DNA of 61,922 nt from a virus (lineage: Duplodnaviria; Caudoviricetes), in the IMG/VR virus record IMGVR_UViG_3300009678_000065, positions 1 through 61,922 of that record; one strand, written 5' to 3'. The notes beneath the pieces are model-generated. The model saw nothing but the letters and a program-made list of their open reading frames with translations, had not been told where the DNA came from and made no database searches. Shown here piece after piece: positions 17,385-26,810 of this stretch. How positions within the stretch are numbered: the first letter of the stretch is position 1; the number at the start of each line of letters is the position of its first letter. A program made the translations under genes and the position numbers.

Positions 17385-18307
17385 TTGCTCTCCCGCACCA
17401 TCTGAGCTACTCGGTTGAAGTCGTCAGGAAACACTGCTCGATCATCGCGTCCGTCGATTAGCTGGAGGCCATGACCGTTTATTACGAAGTTCCAGGGCTG
17501 GACGTCGCCGTGCCTTTCGGCCGGGCGCGGGTACGACTCTACCATGCGCGCGACGTCCTCGCGCAGCGGAAAGGCCCCGCCCAGGCTGAGGAAGGTCTGC
17601 AGGTTGATGCCCGCGATCCAATTGCGCGTTTCGTTCTTGCGATGGAGCGTCACGATGCGCTGGCTTGGCGACGACAAGATGGTGACGCCACCCAACTCCA
17701 GATCATCGGGCGCGGTGAAGTACGCACGTCGGAGTGAGTTGCCGGGTGTCTCGAACAACCACATCGGCCGGTTGACCGGACCCACGTGGCTGGGCGTCTC
17801 GGCCAAGCGCGATGCCACCTGGCTATACAGCAGGTCGTAGATGTGCATGGCGTTGCTGTAGTTCAACGCCGATCCTTCACCGCTCGCGGGCGTCTCGATC
17901 ACCAGGTGGTCGCCCAGACGAAACAGCGACCGCAGCACGCTCTCGTATCGTTCAAAGTGGTGGACGACATTCAGCGCCAGCACCACGTCGAACTGTTCAC
18001 AGTTGGCTAGCTGCCACACGTCGTCCTCGCGCATGCGGTGCTTGAGGTGAAGGACGTTGGTCTTCTCGTTGGCTAGGCACTGGTAGAGCAAGCGCGGGTC
18101 GTCGTCGATCGCCACGATGGTGGCCTGTGGGAACTCCTCCGCGATCCGAAATGAGAAGTACCCGAGGGACGCGCCAAGGTCCAGCACGGTGAACGGCCGG
18201 GTGTACTTCGCCAGCAGCGGGCGCAGAGCCTCGTAACGGGACGCGCATTCGCGGACGCCGGTGCCCACGTTGCGGCCCTTCACCCACTGGTCTTGATACT
18301 GCTCCAT
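17381..18307 (-). CDS. SAM methyltransferase fused to kinase-like domain (WbdD-like)
   Basis: VLDLGASLGYFS, FDVVLALNVVHH; C-terminal RHGDVQPWNF..LID. Confidence 0.7.
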   Translation of the reverse strand: MEQYQDQWVKGRNVGTGVRECASRYEALRPLLAKYTRPFTVLDLGASLGYFSFRIAEEFPQATIVAIDDDPRLLYQCLANEKTNVLHLKHRMREDDVWQLANCEQFDVVLALNVVHHFERYESVLRSLFRLGDHLVIETPASGEGSALNYSNAMHIYDLLYSQVASRLAETPSHVGPVNRPMWLFETPGNSLRRAYFTAPDDLELGGVTILSSPSQRIVTLHRKNETRNWIAGINLQTFLSLGGAFPLREDVARMVESYPRPAERHGDVQPWNFVINGHGLQLIDGRDDRAVFPDDFNRVAQMVRESK

Positions 18308-18945
18308 CAGAGATACCTGTTCTTGAGCAGGACGTCGTCAGGAAAGACTTCAAGGACGCCGAATTCGGGCAGCATTTCCTTGATGCGGTTGAGCGTGGGC
18401 TGGCCCTCGTACATTTCCTCGTTGCTGTACTCGGTGTAAAAGTACCGAGTGCTTCTGAGTGTGCGCTGAGCACCCTGGATGAGATCCGCTTCCGCGCCCT
18501 GCACGTCGGCCCAGATCAAGTCAATGATCTGTCCCTCCATCTCGACCAGGGCCAGCGAGTCCAACCGCACCGATGGCACGGTGATCGACCGCTCGAACCG
18601 ACACCACGGGTACCGTCGTAGGTGGTTCTTCGGGCGACGAGTCGAACCGGAGTAGTGCCAGGTGAGGCCCGGCCACTGCGCCGTGGGTCGGCCATCGCTC
18701 TGGTGGAACGTCACCTCGCCATCCACTTGACCTACCGCCTTGGTGATCAGGCGGGCGCGCGGATCGGTCACGCGCTGGCGGAACAGTTCAGCAGCGTACG
18801 GTTCCGGCTCGAAGCTGTAGACGGTTGCGTACGGAAACAGGTCGAGGAACATCTGCGTGTGTTCCCCGTCGTTGCATCCGACGTCGAGGATCAACGGGTC
18901 CTCGCGTCGGATCAGCTCACGAATGCGCTCAGGCTTCAAGGGCAC
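18307..18945 (-). CDS. FkbM-family O-methyltransferase (NoeI-like)
   Basis: ILDVGCNDG, YSFEP, IDLIWADVQGAE, YTEY..MYEGQ. Confidence 0.88.
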   Translation of the reverse strand: MPLKPERIRELIRREDPLILDVGCNDGEHTQMFLDLFPYATVYSFEPEPYAAELFRQRVTDPRARLITKAVGQVDGEVTFHQSDGRPTAQWPGLTWHYSGSTRRPKNHLRRYPWCRFERSITVPSVRLDSLALVEMEGQIIDLIWADVQGAEADLIQGAQRTLRSTRYFYTEYSNEEMYEGQPTLNRIKEMLPEFGVLEVFPDDVLLKNRYL

Positions 18946-20101
18946 CCTCGATCGACTCCGCAAAGCGAGTCGCAATGTTGGTCCAGTTAAACCGTTCTTC
19001 GTTGGCCAGCAGCCAGCTTCGACGACCGAACTCCTCGCGCAACATCTCCGATCGGTAGAGCCTGTCGAGGGCATCGATGACATCCTTCTTCGCCGGGGCC
19101 GCGCCGATCATGCCGTTCACGTCGGGCATCACGCCCTCACTGTCGCAATCGGTGAGCCAGAAGGCGTCCTTGCCCCATTCCGCCAGGGCTGCAGTGCGCC
19201 CGGCCACAACCGGCAACCCGCAGGCTGCGGCCTCCAGGGCGGTCAACCCGAAGCCTTCGCCCAGGGCGGTGGTCAGATAGACGTTGGCTGCCTGGTAAGC
19301 AGCCGCGACGTACTTTTCCGGGGCACCGTTGTAGATGTCCTTCGGCGCAGCCAGGATCAATCGGTCCTCGACGCCATAGTACTTCGCCAGCTGGTCGCAG
19401 TCGATCGCAGCGGTGCTGCCCGGCAGGACGTGCATGTACAGATAGGCGTCTCGGATCTTGTTCGCGGTGATCCACTCCGCGAAGTAGATGATCGAGAGGT
19501 CGATGCGCTTGCGAGTCTGGTTGCGGTTGACGTTCACGACGATGAAAGAGTCGTCGGGCACGTCCGCATGGATGCCCAGCATGTGGCGCGCGGCCACGCG
19601 ATCACCGGGCTTGAAGACATCGGTGTCCACTCCCAACGGGATCACGTCGGTAGACACCTTCTTCTTGAGGCCACCTTTGATGGTCTCGTTGCGGCCGAAC
19701 TCCGTCCAGAAGATTGCCTTGGCCAGGCCGTTCAACTTTTCGCCGCCCACGTTCTTGCCCTCGACAGCGATGATGCCCACCAGCGGTGTCTCACCGTAGC
19801 CCTCGGCGTAGATCGCTCGACCGTACAGAGGTACGTGCCAGGGGTTGGTCTGCATGACGATCACGTCAGGTTTTGCCCGAGGAAGGACGTCGGACAAGCG
19901 GCCAATCCCGAGGGCATCCTTGCCCGGCCACGCTGGATAGATGTCGTACGTGCGCGGGGAGTCCACCATCGAGTCGCCGGTGAAGTTGACTCCGATGGCC
20001 GCGCACTTGAATCTGGTGGACAGGATCTTGAGGATTTGATCCGCTGCCCGGCCGAAGCCGCTGCTGCAGGACGCGTCACCGATGTACAGAAGAGACTTCA
20101 C
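18929..20101 (-). CDS. GT4 (GT-B) glycosyltransferase
   Basis: SGFGR, IPLGVDTDVF, NRNQTRKR, GEGFGLTALEAAACGLPVV. Confidence 0.9.
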   Translation of the reverse strand: MKSLLYIGDASCSSGFGRAADQILKILSTRFKCAAIGVNFTGDSMVDSPRTYDIYPAWPGKDALGIGRLSDVLPRAKPDVIVMQTNPWHVPLYGRAIYAEGYGETPLVGIIAVEGKNVGGEKLNGLAKAIFWTEFGRNETIKGGLKKKVSTDVIPLGVDTDVFKPGDRVAARHMLGIHADVPDDSFIVVNVNRNQTRKRIDLSIIYFAEWITANKIRDAYLYMHVLPGSTAAIDCDQLAKYYGVEDRLILAAPKDIYNGAPEKYVAAAYQAANVYLTTALGEGFGLTALEAAACGLPVVAGRTAALAEWGKDAFWLTDCDSEGVMPDVNGMIGAAPAKKDVIDALDRLYRSEMLREEFGRRSWLLANEERFNWTNIATRFAESIEGALEA

Positions 20102-20658
20102 AAAGCCACCCACTCCTTCGGAAAGCCTACGCGCACCACCTTATCAGCGTGCCAAGCCTTCGGATAGACGACGATCTTATTTGGATTCGGATTGAGATAC
20201 GCCGCCCACCATGAGAACGAGCTGTTGGCGATGATGTTGTGACGGCAGCTGGCCATCAAGTTCAGGTCTTCGATCTCGGTGCGCCCAGCCGAGTAGGTGT
20301 ATCGCTCTCCATACCACCGAGTCTTGCAGTACTCAATGTGATCGGAGAAGAATAGGAACCTGGTGTCGGTGGGGAACATCGCCATCGCTCTATCGTAGTA
20401 ATCCGTCTCCCACAGCTGGACGAACCCAGCGTGCTTGACATAGTCCCCGCGACGAATGTGAACCGCCACGAACGGTTCCTTCATTGGTTCGATGCCCTCG
20501 CTGAAGGCTTCCTTGATGTACTCCTCGGACCCGGCAAAGTGCTCCGGCGACTGCAGCCAGATGTCCGGGGTCAGACCACGACGCTGCTGCGCGTACAGGT
20601 ACGCCAGCTGAAACATTTGATTTCCCAACCGCCCGCTCATCAACCAGATCGGAATCAT
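20098..20658 (-). CDS. GT11 alpha-1,2-fucosyltransferase-like
   Basis: GRLGNQMFQ, VHIRRGDY, FSD, IIANSSFSWWAAYL. Confidence 0.9.
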   Translation of the reverse strand: MIPIWLMSGRLGNQMFQLAYLYAQQRRGLTPDIWLQSPEHFAGSEEYIKEAFSEGIEPMKEPFVAVHIRRGDYVKHAGFVQLWETDYYDRAMAMFPTDTRFLFFSDHIEYCKTRWYGERYTYSAGRTEIEDLNLMASCRHNIIANSSFSWWAAYLNPNPNKIVVYPKAWHADKVVRVGFPKEWVAL

Positions 20659-21302
20659 GTACGCCTCGCATGCACGACGACGCGATGGTCTTCGTGAACG
20701 GTTTCTGCAGTGAAGCCCACCATCTTCAGCCAGTGATGCACCAACGGAACGTTGGGACCGAAGAACTTATGGTGGAACGAGTTGGGATTGTCCGACTCCA
20801 TATAGACCAAGGCCGGGCGCGTCTCCGTAAAATGTTCACGGCCCTCTTGGCTGGCCGACGCGGTATACGTTTCCAGGATCAGGAGATCATCAACGACGCT
20901 GGCTACGCTTTCAAGGGCCAGCAGCGGGTGCCGCAGGTGGTAGAGCACGCCGAGAAAGAACACCACGTCGAACTTGCCGATGCGCTCCGGGGTGTGGTCT
21001 AGGATGTCGAGGTCGATCGCTTCGACCTTGGACCCGAGGGCTGCATGGGCGTAATCAAACCCAGCCTTGCCCGTGGACTGATGCCACATCCAATGGTCGG
21101 TCGCCACTACGCGCGCGGCCCCACGCTTCTCAGCTTCAAACGCGTAGAAGCCGTCCCAGGTACCGATGTCGAGCACCGATTTTCCGGTCAGGTCGGGCAG
21201 GCAGAGCTTTCGGACTTCGCCCTCGGGGAAGCAACGGCCAGGGGTGACCACCCCATCGCCCAGGTCGATGGAGTGCCACCAGTTGATGTCAGTAATTTTC
21301 AT
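20655..21302 (-). CDS. Class I SAM methyltransferase (CmoB/DUF1698-like)
   Basis: WWHSIDLG..VTPG, VLDIGTWDGFYAFEAEKRGA, FDVVFFLGVLYHL. Confidence 0.85.
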   Translation of the reverse strand: MKITDINWWHSIDLGDGVVTPGRCFPEGEVRKLCLPDLTGKSVLDIGTWDGFYAFEAEKRGAARVVATDHWMWHQSTGKAGFDYAHAALGSKVEAIDLDILDHTPERIGKFDVVFFLGVLYHLRHPLLALESVASVVDDLLILETYTASASQEGREHFTETRPALVYMESDNPNSFHHKFFGPNVPLVHHWLKMVGFTAETVHEDHRVVVHARRT

Positions 21303-21580
21303 GTCCTGACATCCTCCTCTTCGAGGAAGGATTTTAGATCCTTTCTGTAGTGAAACCACTCATTGTGAATTCGTAGATGAGCAAATCGTGTGTGAAAACT
21401 ATGCTCATCAGCAAGAGTGCCAGGCAGGAACAAAAGAACTTTTAGTGGATACGGACTATGTCGTCGAAATTCAACCATGCGGTCAACGCGATTTTTAGTG
21501 GTGAAGCCAATTTTCACTGCGTCGTTATTACACAGTACAAAATAGACATGACCCCTAGTTGTACCGCCACGAAAACCCAT
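21299..21580 (-). CDS. GIY-YIG (T5orf172-like) nuclease
   Basis: VYF..VKIGFT..E..H.RF..R..EWF; AT-rich. Confidence 0.8.
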   Translation of the reverse strand: MGFRGGTTRGHVYFVLCNNDAVKIGFTTKNRVDRMVEFRRHSPYPLKVLLFLPGTLADEHSFHTRFAHLRIHNEWFHYRKDLKSFLEEEDVRT

Positions 21581-21596
21581 TTGTCACCTGTAGTGG

Positions 21597-22013
21597 TCAC
21601 GTTCCGCGAACGGTTGACCCCAGGATAGTCTCGTTGACAAAGGGTTGGCCGGTAGCGGAGTCGGCAAACCCTCCTGTCTGCACGATCGGTGCCGTCCCGC
21701 CGTCAGGCAGGACGAATTTGTCGCGCGGGTCGATCGGCTGCTCTCGGGTCTTCCCCGCGTTGGGCGACGTAGGGGCAATGGGGTCCAACCAAATCAGGCT
21801 GGCGAACGACATCACCAACGCCCCGTTCGACGTCATACGCTGCCGCTTGGTGAGATCCACCAGGGCGCGACGAACGACGGGCGCGGCAAACAGGTCCGTG
21901 CCCTCACCGTCGTCACCCACACAAGCGTAGTGAGTGACGTTCAATTTCATCGACTCAAACTGCGGCGACATGACTGCCGCAATCTGTCCGCGAATCAGGT
22001 CCTCGTAACCCAT
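21597..22013 (-). CDS. Head closure protein
   Basis: Position after the adaptor; IDPRDKFVLPDG. Confidence 0.6.
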   Translation of the reverse strand: MGYEDLIRGQIAAVMSPQFESMKLNVTHYACVGDDGEGTDLFAAPVVRRALVDLTKRQRMTSNGALVMSFASLIWLDPIAPTSPNAGKTREQPIDPRDKFVLPDGGTAPIVQTGGFADSATGQPFVNETILGSTVRGT

Positions 22014-22014
22014 G

Positions 22015-22593
22015 TTAGATGGCCTCGAAGATCGTCGGTCGTGAGATGTTGGGCTGCGCGAACCAAGACGGCACGAGCAGTCGTCGGACTTCGTCGGGCA
22101 CCACGTTCGATACGTAGTTGAGGTCGGACTGCATCTTGCGGATGGCTACGTCGGCCGCTTCCCGTGACGACTGCTGGCCCTGGACATCCGAAAAGGTCAG
22201 CGCCACCGAACCAGCCTTCAGCGACGTGACGCCCTTGCGGAGCGGATCATTGTCGCCCAGGCGGTCGCCCGCGCCAAGCTGCAACGCCATCTCGCACTGA
22301 GCGTTCTTGAGGTCCACTGGCACGACGGTGATAGCGATGGCAAACCCGTTGCGGGTCAACATGCCGCTGCGCGGCCAGGTCAGAGCCTGTACATCGTCCA
22401 CCGCCGTGCCCGTCCAGGTAAAACACGCGTCCAACGAGCGGGCCGCTGCCTGCAACGCAGCTTCCTTTTGCGCGTCGGTCGCGGCAGTGAACCAGGTCAG
22501 CGAGGGCACACGGTTCGCAGCGTACGCGTTGAACTCAGCCAGTGTTGCGTAGGTGTTTGCGGACGCGCTTCCGGGCGTCTCGATCAGTGCCAT
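22015..22593 (-). CDS. Head-tail adaptor (DnaT-like domain family)
   Basis: ANTYATLAEFNAY..QALTWPR..VPVDLKNAQCEMA. Confidence 0.8.
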   Translation of the reverse strand: MALIETPGSASANTYATLAEFNAYAANRVPSLTWFTAATDAQKEAALQAAARSLDACFTWTGTAVDDVQALTWPRSGMLTRNGFAIAITVVPVDLKNAQCEMALQLGAGDRLGDNDPLRKGVTSLKAGSVALTFSDVQGQQSSREAADVAIRKMQSDLNYVSNVVPDEVRRLLVPSWFAQPNISRPTIFEAI

Positions 22594-22599
22594 CTGCGG

Positions 22600-22860
22600 T
22601 TACCTCTTCTTGAAGGACTTACCAATAATGATGCGCTTGTCGATGCCTCGACCGTTCCACTTGCGCTCCAACTCACCGCCCGCTGTCCAACCGTGACCTA
22701 GCCTGGCCGCGAACCCCACGCGTGCGCCCCGGTCATCGATGACCGTCACCATCACCGCGTCGTGATCCTCCGGGATCGATGCCAGGAGGGCCGACTGTTC
22801 AGCCATTGCCTGTTCGAGAAACGTCGGAGGTTGGTTCAGCTTGCTCAGGAGGTCTGTCAT
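22600..22860 (-). CDS. Hypothetical protein
   Basis: ATG after the capsid terminator; fills the gap to the adaptor gene. Confidence 0.5.
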   Translation of the reverse strand: MTDLLSKLNQPPTFLEQAMAEQSALLASIPEDHDAVMVTVIDDRGARVGFAARLGHGWTAGGELERKWNGRGIDKRIIIGKSFKKR

Positions 22861-22873
22861 GTTGGACTCTTTC

Positions 22874-22907
22874 AAAAGGTGCCTGGGGACCCGAGGGACC
22901 CCAGGGC
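22874..22907 (-). terminator. Putative terminator after major capsid gene
   Basis: CCTGGGG..CCCCAGG stem followed by ACCTTTT on the minus strand. Confidence 0.55.
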
Positions 22908-22913
22908 TTGGTG

Positions 22914-23969
22914 TTACCCGTTGATGTGGCAAACGCCCGACCGACCCGCAGCGTCCGACCGGATCAGCGGAACGCCGATCGCAAACGCCTTGAAGTTGAT
23001 CTCGAAGCCACCGTACTCGTCCCACTGCACGGTCTGCAGCTGCTCGCCCTGGACCCAGCAGGTGACGTCCTGCGTAGCCTGAACGATGATCACGTTGCCC
23101 GAGGGCAGCTGGTCGGCCACGCGAATGGCCTTGATGCCCTCGATCTTTTCGAGACGCTCCCGAATGGTACCCGTCGAGTTCGTGCCAGCGGTTGGCACGT
23201 AATCGCCGTCGAGATGGACGCCCGCATCGGACGGAACGTACACCCAGAAGGGACCGAACATCCGGTTCGCGTGCAGCGCGGTGCGCGCGGCCTGAAGGTC
23301 AGCCAGGTAGCTCGGGCCGGTCTTCGTGCCATCGCCCCAGTCCTTGCCGCCGTCGAAGCTCACCGAGGTGACGCGGTCGGGCTGCGTCATGTAGCCGTAG
23401 ATCGGCAGCGAACCGAACTGCGGACCACCCTGGAACAGCATCTTTTCGAGCTGTTCCGCCACAACGCGGCCCGCCGTGCGGACCTGAGTCGTGTCGAGGG
23501 CTTCACCACGCTCCTTGGACGCCGCGAGGGCGCGCAGGTTGATGAAGAAGTCCTTGTGGGTAATCGGCAGCGGGATCTGCGACAGCTCGAACTCCTGACG
23601 ATCGTTGCCGGTGCGGCTGATGCCGTCCAGCGAGGTCGTCGCGGGGTCCATGTCCGTCACCTTCTCGTAGCCGAAGACCATCTTGCCCAGGGAGTTGGGC
23701 ACCGGACGCGTCAGGCCAGCAGCGACGAGGTCGCCAACGCCCACGAGCCGAATGACCGCTTCCTGTACGAGAGCGTCGTCGAAGAACTGCCAGTCCTCTT
23801 TGCGGAGCGTATCCAGCGTACGCAGTGCCGCAGCGTTGAGGGCGCGTCCTTCGGCCATCGCCTTCTTCAGCTGGGAGGTGGCCCAACGACCACCGGAACC
23901 GCTGAACAGCGCCTTGGCATCCGACATGAACGTCGGGGCCGGAGCTGACTTGCGTCGATTGGTTGCCAT
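22914..23969 (-). CDS. Major capsid protein, HK97 fold, Linocin-M18/encapsulin-like
   Basis: LRKEDWQFFDDALV, IPLPITHKDFFINLRALAAS, GRVVAEQLEKMLF, GPFWVYVP; follows protease and decoration genes. Confidence 0.85.
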   Translation of the reverse strand: MATNRRKSAPAPTFMSDAKALFSGSGGRWATSQLKKAMAEGRALNAAALRTLDTLRKEDWQFFDDALVQEAVIRLVGVGDLVAAGLTRPVPNSLGKMVFGYEKVTDMDPATTSLDGISRTGNDRQEFELSQIPLPITHKDFFINLRALAASKERGEALDTTQVRTAGRVVAEQLEKMLFQGGPQFGSLPIYGYMTQPDRVTSVSFDGGKDWGDGTKTGPSYLADLQAARTALHANRMFGPFWVYVPSDAGVHLDGDYVPTAGTNSTGTIRERLEKIEGIKAIRVADQLPSGNVIIVQATQDVTCWVQGEQLQTVQWDEYGGFEINFKAFAIGVPLIRSDAAGRSGVCHING

Positions 23970-24030
23970 GTTGCTTGTCTCCTATCTCTTCTCTGCGAAA
24001 AGTCCCCGATCAACCGGGAACGGGGTTGTC

Positions 24031-24468
24031 TTACAGGAACTGAACGCGGAGTGCGGTCTCGACCGCCACTGCGCCCAGGGTCTCCATCGCACGCGCGATG
24101 GGCTTGGTCGAGCCCTCGGCGTAGGTGCCGTCGCCTGCGCTCTGGAGCAGGTCGTCTTCGGAGATGTTCTGACCGGACGCGACGTAGCCCACGGCCTCTT
24201 CGCCCGACTTGAACACGCCGACCTTGACCCGGTCGCCAGACGCGTAGGCAGCCGCGCCCGCGTAGCTGCGGTAGGTGTCATCGATGCCCCGACCCAGCTC
24301 GTCGCGTTCCAGCGCCACCGCGTTGGGCACGCTGCCCGTGGTGCCGGTCTGCTTGAGCAGAGTCGTGACGCCCTTGACGAGGTAGCCCGGCTTGATTGCT
24401 TCGCCAGCCGACCCTTCCTCGCTCACAATCGGGGTACCCCGAAGGACGATTGAACGCTTGTTAGCCAT
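24031..24468 (-). CDS. Capsid decoration/cement protein
   Basis: AGEAIKPGYLV..YASGDRV..DLLQSAGDG; immediately upstream of the capsid gene. Confidence 0.7.
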   Translation of the reverse strand: MANKRSIVLRGTPIVSEEGSAGEAIKPGYLVKGVTTLLKQTGTTGSVPNAVALERDELGRGIDDTYRSYAGAAAYASGDRVKVGVFKSGEEAVGYVASGQNISEDDLLQSAGDGTYAEGSTKPIARAMETLGAVAVETALRVQFL

Positions 24469-24521
24469 TTCTCAGTCTCCTGTCTCTCTGAACCGTGTGA
24501 AAACGTTGTCCCGCCGCACTA

Positions 24522-24950
24522 TTACGGCAGGAAGATCTGACCGCCACTCGGCCGGATCGAGATGCTCGCTTCCTGAGCACCGTCAACCGGAGCCTTCAGA
24601 GCGATGTTGGTCACGAAGCCTGAGAACATCCAGGTCGCGCCATCGGGGAACTCGATGTCGTACTTGTCCTTCGAGCCAGTCGCCCATGCGTCGAGCAGCC
24701 CGGTGGATGCGTCGTGAGTCGCTTCGTCGAACGGCAGCCAGTTCACCATGAACTGCAGTTCGCCCTTGCGGCGGATACCGACGACGTACGAGTCGTCATC
24801 GGAGTTGTGGGTCGTCGTCTCAATCGGGTTACGGCTCAGAGGCGGAGGCGTGATGTCACGCAATTCCGCAACCGGAGTACCGTTCCGCTTGATGATCGTA
24901 CCGTGCGCGGAGATGCCGTTCGATTCCGCCCCGGTATTGATGACAGGCAT
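24522..24950 (-). CDS. Major tail tube protein (lambda gpV-like)
   Basis: VAELRDITPP.LSR..IETTTH..GIRRKGELQFMVNWLP..IEFPDG.TW.FSGFVT..SIRPSG; no other intact tube gene in the tail module. Confidence 0.85.
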   Translation of the reverse strand: MPVINTGAESNGISAHGTIIKRNGTPVAELRDITPPPLSRNPIETTTHNSDDDSYVVGIRRKGELQFMVNWLPFDEATHDASTGLLDAWATGSKDKYDIEFPDGATWMFSGFVTNIALKAPVDGAQEASISIRPSGGQIFLP

Positions 24951-24984
24951 GCTTTTCTTTACCTCTCTCGATTACCGGATGAAC

Positions 24985-26583
24985 TTACTTCTGACCGCGA
25001 GCGGCACGAATCTCCGCGCCGAGGTCCTTCGGTGCCGGGGCTTCGCCCGTCGCCGTTTCCGGCTGACGCGCACTGCCCTGCCCGCTGTAGTCGATGGCCG
25101 CACGCACGTTCGATCCGGCCAGCGCCACGAGCTGATCGAGATCAGCCTGCGACTTGGCGTTCAGCTGCTCGTCGGTCATCTGGCATCGGCCAGTGTCCTT
25201 GAGTGCCTTGATCGTGTTGGCCTTCTTGGCTGCCGACGCCGAACGAATCTCCGCGAACGAGTCGCGGACATCAGCCGGGGCCTTCGCCAGGAGGTCTTCG
25301 AGCGTCGGTTCCTTCACTTCCGCAGCGGCGGGCGCAGCGGCAGCAGCCGGGGCCGCAACGGGCGCGGCAGCGGCAGGGGTTTCGGTCGTTGCGGGCGCGG
25401 CGGGCGCGGCCGGGGTTTCCGGTGCGGCCGAGTGCGCCTCGAAACGAGCGAACTGCTCGTCGTTGGCCGCTTCGAGCATCGCTCGATCGGCTTCCGTGAA
25501 CACCTTGCTCTTGCCGATCAGAGCGGTGACTCGTTCTGCTTTCTGCATTGCCTTCTCCTCGATAGTGGGCTGTGGATGCTGACAAGAACACGGCTTGCCC
25601 GACGCCGCGACCTTGGGTTCGACGTCGCCAGCAGCCGTTACCGGCTCGTAGCGCGTCACTGCTTCGACTTCCGTTGGTTCGCCGTTGAGCGTCACCGCCC
25701 CATTGCTATCGAGGGTGAACGCCATGTCGTACAACTTGTAGGTGTACACGGGGTACACCTCGTATCCCGGACCCGGAGCGGGCGGGGCATAGTGGGAGCA
25801 GTTGAACACGACGTTGGTGGGGTTCTGCACCGGGTACCACGTATCCACGTAGGAACAGTTGGGGTACTTCGCTCGAACCGCCGTGTACAACTTGCTGCGG
25901 AGGTCGTTGTCGGTCATGTCTTCGGTGTTCATGAGCGACCGCAGCCCCGGCATCGCTGCCAGGACCCGCGCCATGAACCCACTCTCTGTCTTCACTGCGG
26001 CTCCTTTCGGTTTGCTTGCGGCACGAACACCGCAACCCATCTCGACGCTGCAAGCGCCCTCGTCGGTCTCGGGCAACAGAGCCAGGTGGTCGGGCATCAG
26101 CCCCGTCCACTTGCCCTTGTAGGACTTGCCCAGGTACGTGCCCTCGGTATCGTCGGTGGACACTTGCACACCAACGGAAATTTCGACGGCCTCACCGTCC
26201 TTGATGCGCTGAAGCAACTTTGGAGCGAGCTTCTCAGCACGCTCGACGTTGATCCAAGCCTCCATCGTGAGCTTGTCGTCCTTTGCCTTCGAGTTGAAGA
26301 CGATGCCGATCTGTTCAGCCTCCAACACCTCTGGGGTGTTGCCGAGGATCGGACGGCCGTCGCGCATCGGATGCCCGAGGAACACCGGGCGACCGTTCCA
26401 CCCGGCTGGCGCGCGTGAAAACTCCTCGGACGGCACGAACTCCGCATCCGTGGCGTTCATCGCGTGGACCACGCCCTCGACCAGCGCCACGACGGGCACG
26501 ACCAGGTGTTCCTGGTCGTTGTACCGCTCGGTGCGGACCTTATAGCCCTTGAGGGCGAGTAGCGTGCTGCGAGTAGCGGACAT
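24985..26583 (-). CDS. Prohead protease (DUF2213-like) / scaffold fusion
   Basis: VVPVVALVEGV, WNGRPVFLGHP, EISVG, PDHLALLP, GACS..GCG; Ala/Pro-rich scaffold C-terminus. Confidence 0.8.
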   Translation of the reverse strand: MSATRSTLLALKGYKVRTERYNDQEHLVVPVVALVEGVVHAMNATDAEFVPSEEFSRAPAGWNGRPVFLGHPMRDGRPILGNTPEVLEAEQIGIVFNSKAKDDKLTMEAWINVERAEKLAPKLLQRIKDGEAVEISVGVQVSTDDTEGTYLGKSYKGKWTGLMPDHLALLPETDEGACSVEMGCGVRAASKPKGAAVKTESGFMARVLAAMPGLRSLMNTEDMTDNDLRSKLYTAVRAKYPNCSYVDTWYPVQNPTNVVFNCSHYAPPAPGPGYEVYPVYTYKLYDMAFTLDSNGAVTLNGEPTEVEAVTRYEPVTAAGDVEPKVAASGKPCSCQHPQPTIEEKAMQKAERVTALIGKSKVFTEADRAMLEAANDEQFARFEAHSAAPETPAAPAAPATTETPAAAAPVAAPAAAAAPAAAEVKEPTLEDLLAKAPADVRDSFAEIRSASAAKKANTIKALKDTGRCQMTDEQLNAKSQADLDQLVALAGSNVRAAIDYSGQGSARQPETATGEAPAPKDLGAEIRAARGQK

Positions 26584-26810
26584 CAGTTCACCTTTCCAGG
26601 GGTGTCGAGCAACATCAACATACTCATCAGAGCATTGCGGATGTCGCTGTTGTCGGGCCGAGTGTCCTTCGCCAGGAGCACCGCGTTCCGAGTCATCGTC
26701 AAGTAGGCCGCGAACACTTCTTCAGCGTTAGTGCCCTGCGCGGCATGCTTCATTCCGGCGTTCGCGGCGGTCATCAGCCTGCGAACTTGGTCCTCGCGGA
26801 CAATGTTCAT
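26583..26810 (-). CDS. Hypothetical protein
   Basis: Coupled start/stop on both sides. Confidence 0.55.
   Translation of the reverse strand: MNIVREDQVRRLMTAANAGMKHAAQGTNAEEVFAAYLTMTRNAVLLAKDTRPDNSDIRNALMSMLMLLDTPGKVN

Noticed and set aside
24748-26418. Long plus-strand ORFs (also 18857..20167, 22779..23948, 34526..35803, 44031..45056)
   Set aside because: They are antisense shadows of well-supported minus-strand genes, expected in high-GC DNA, and carry no motifs.
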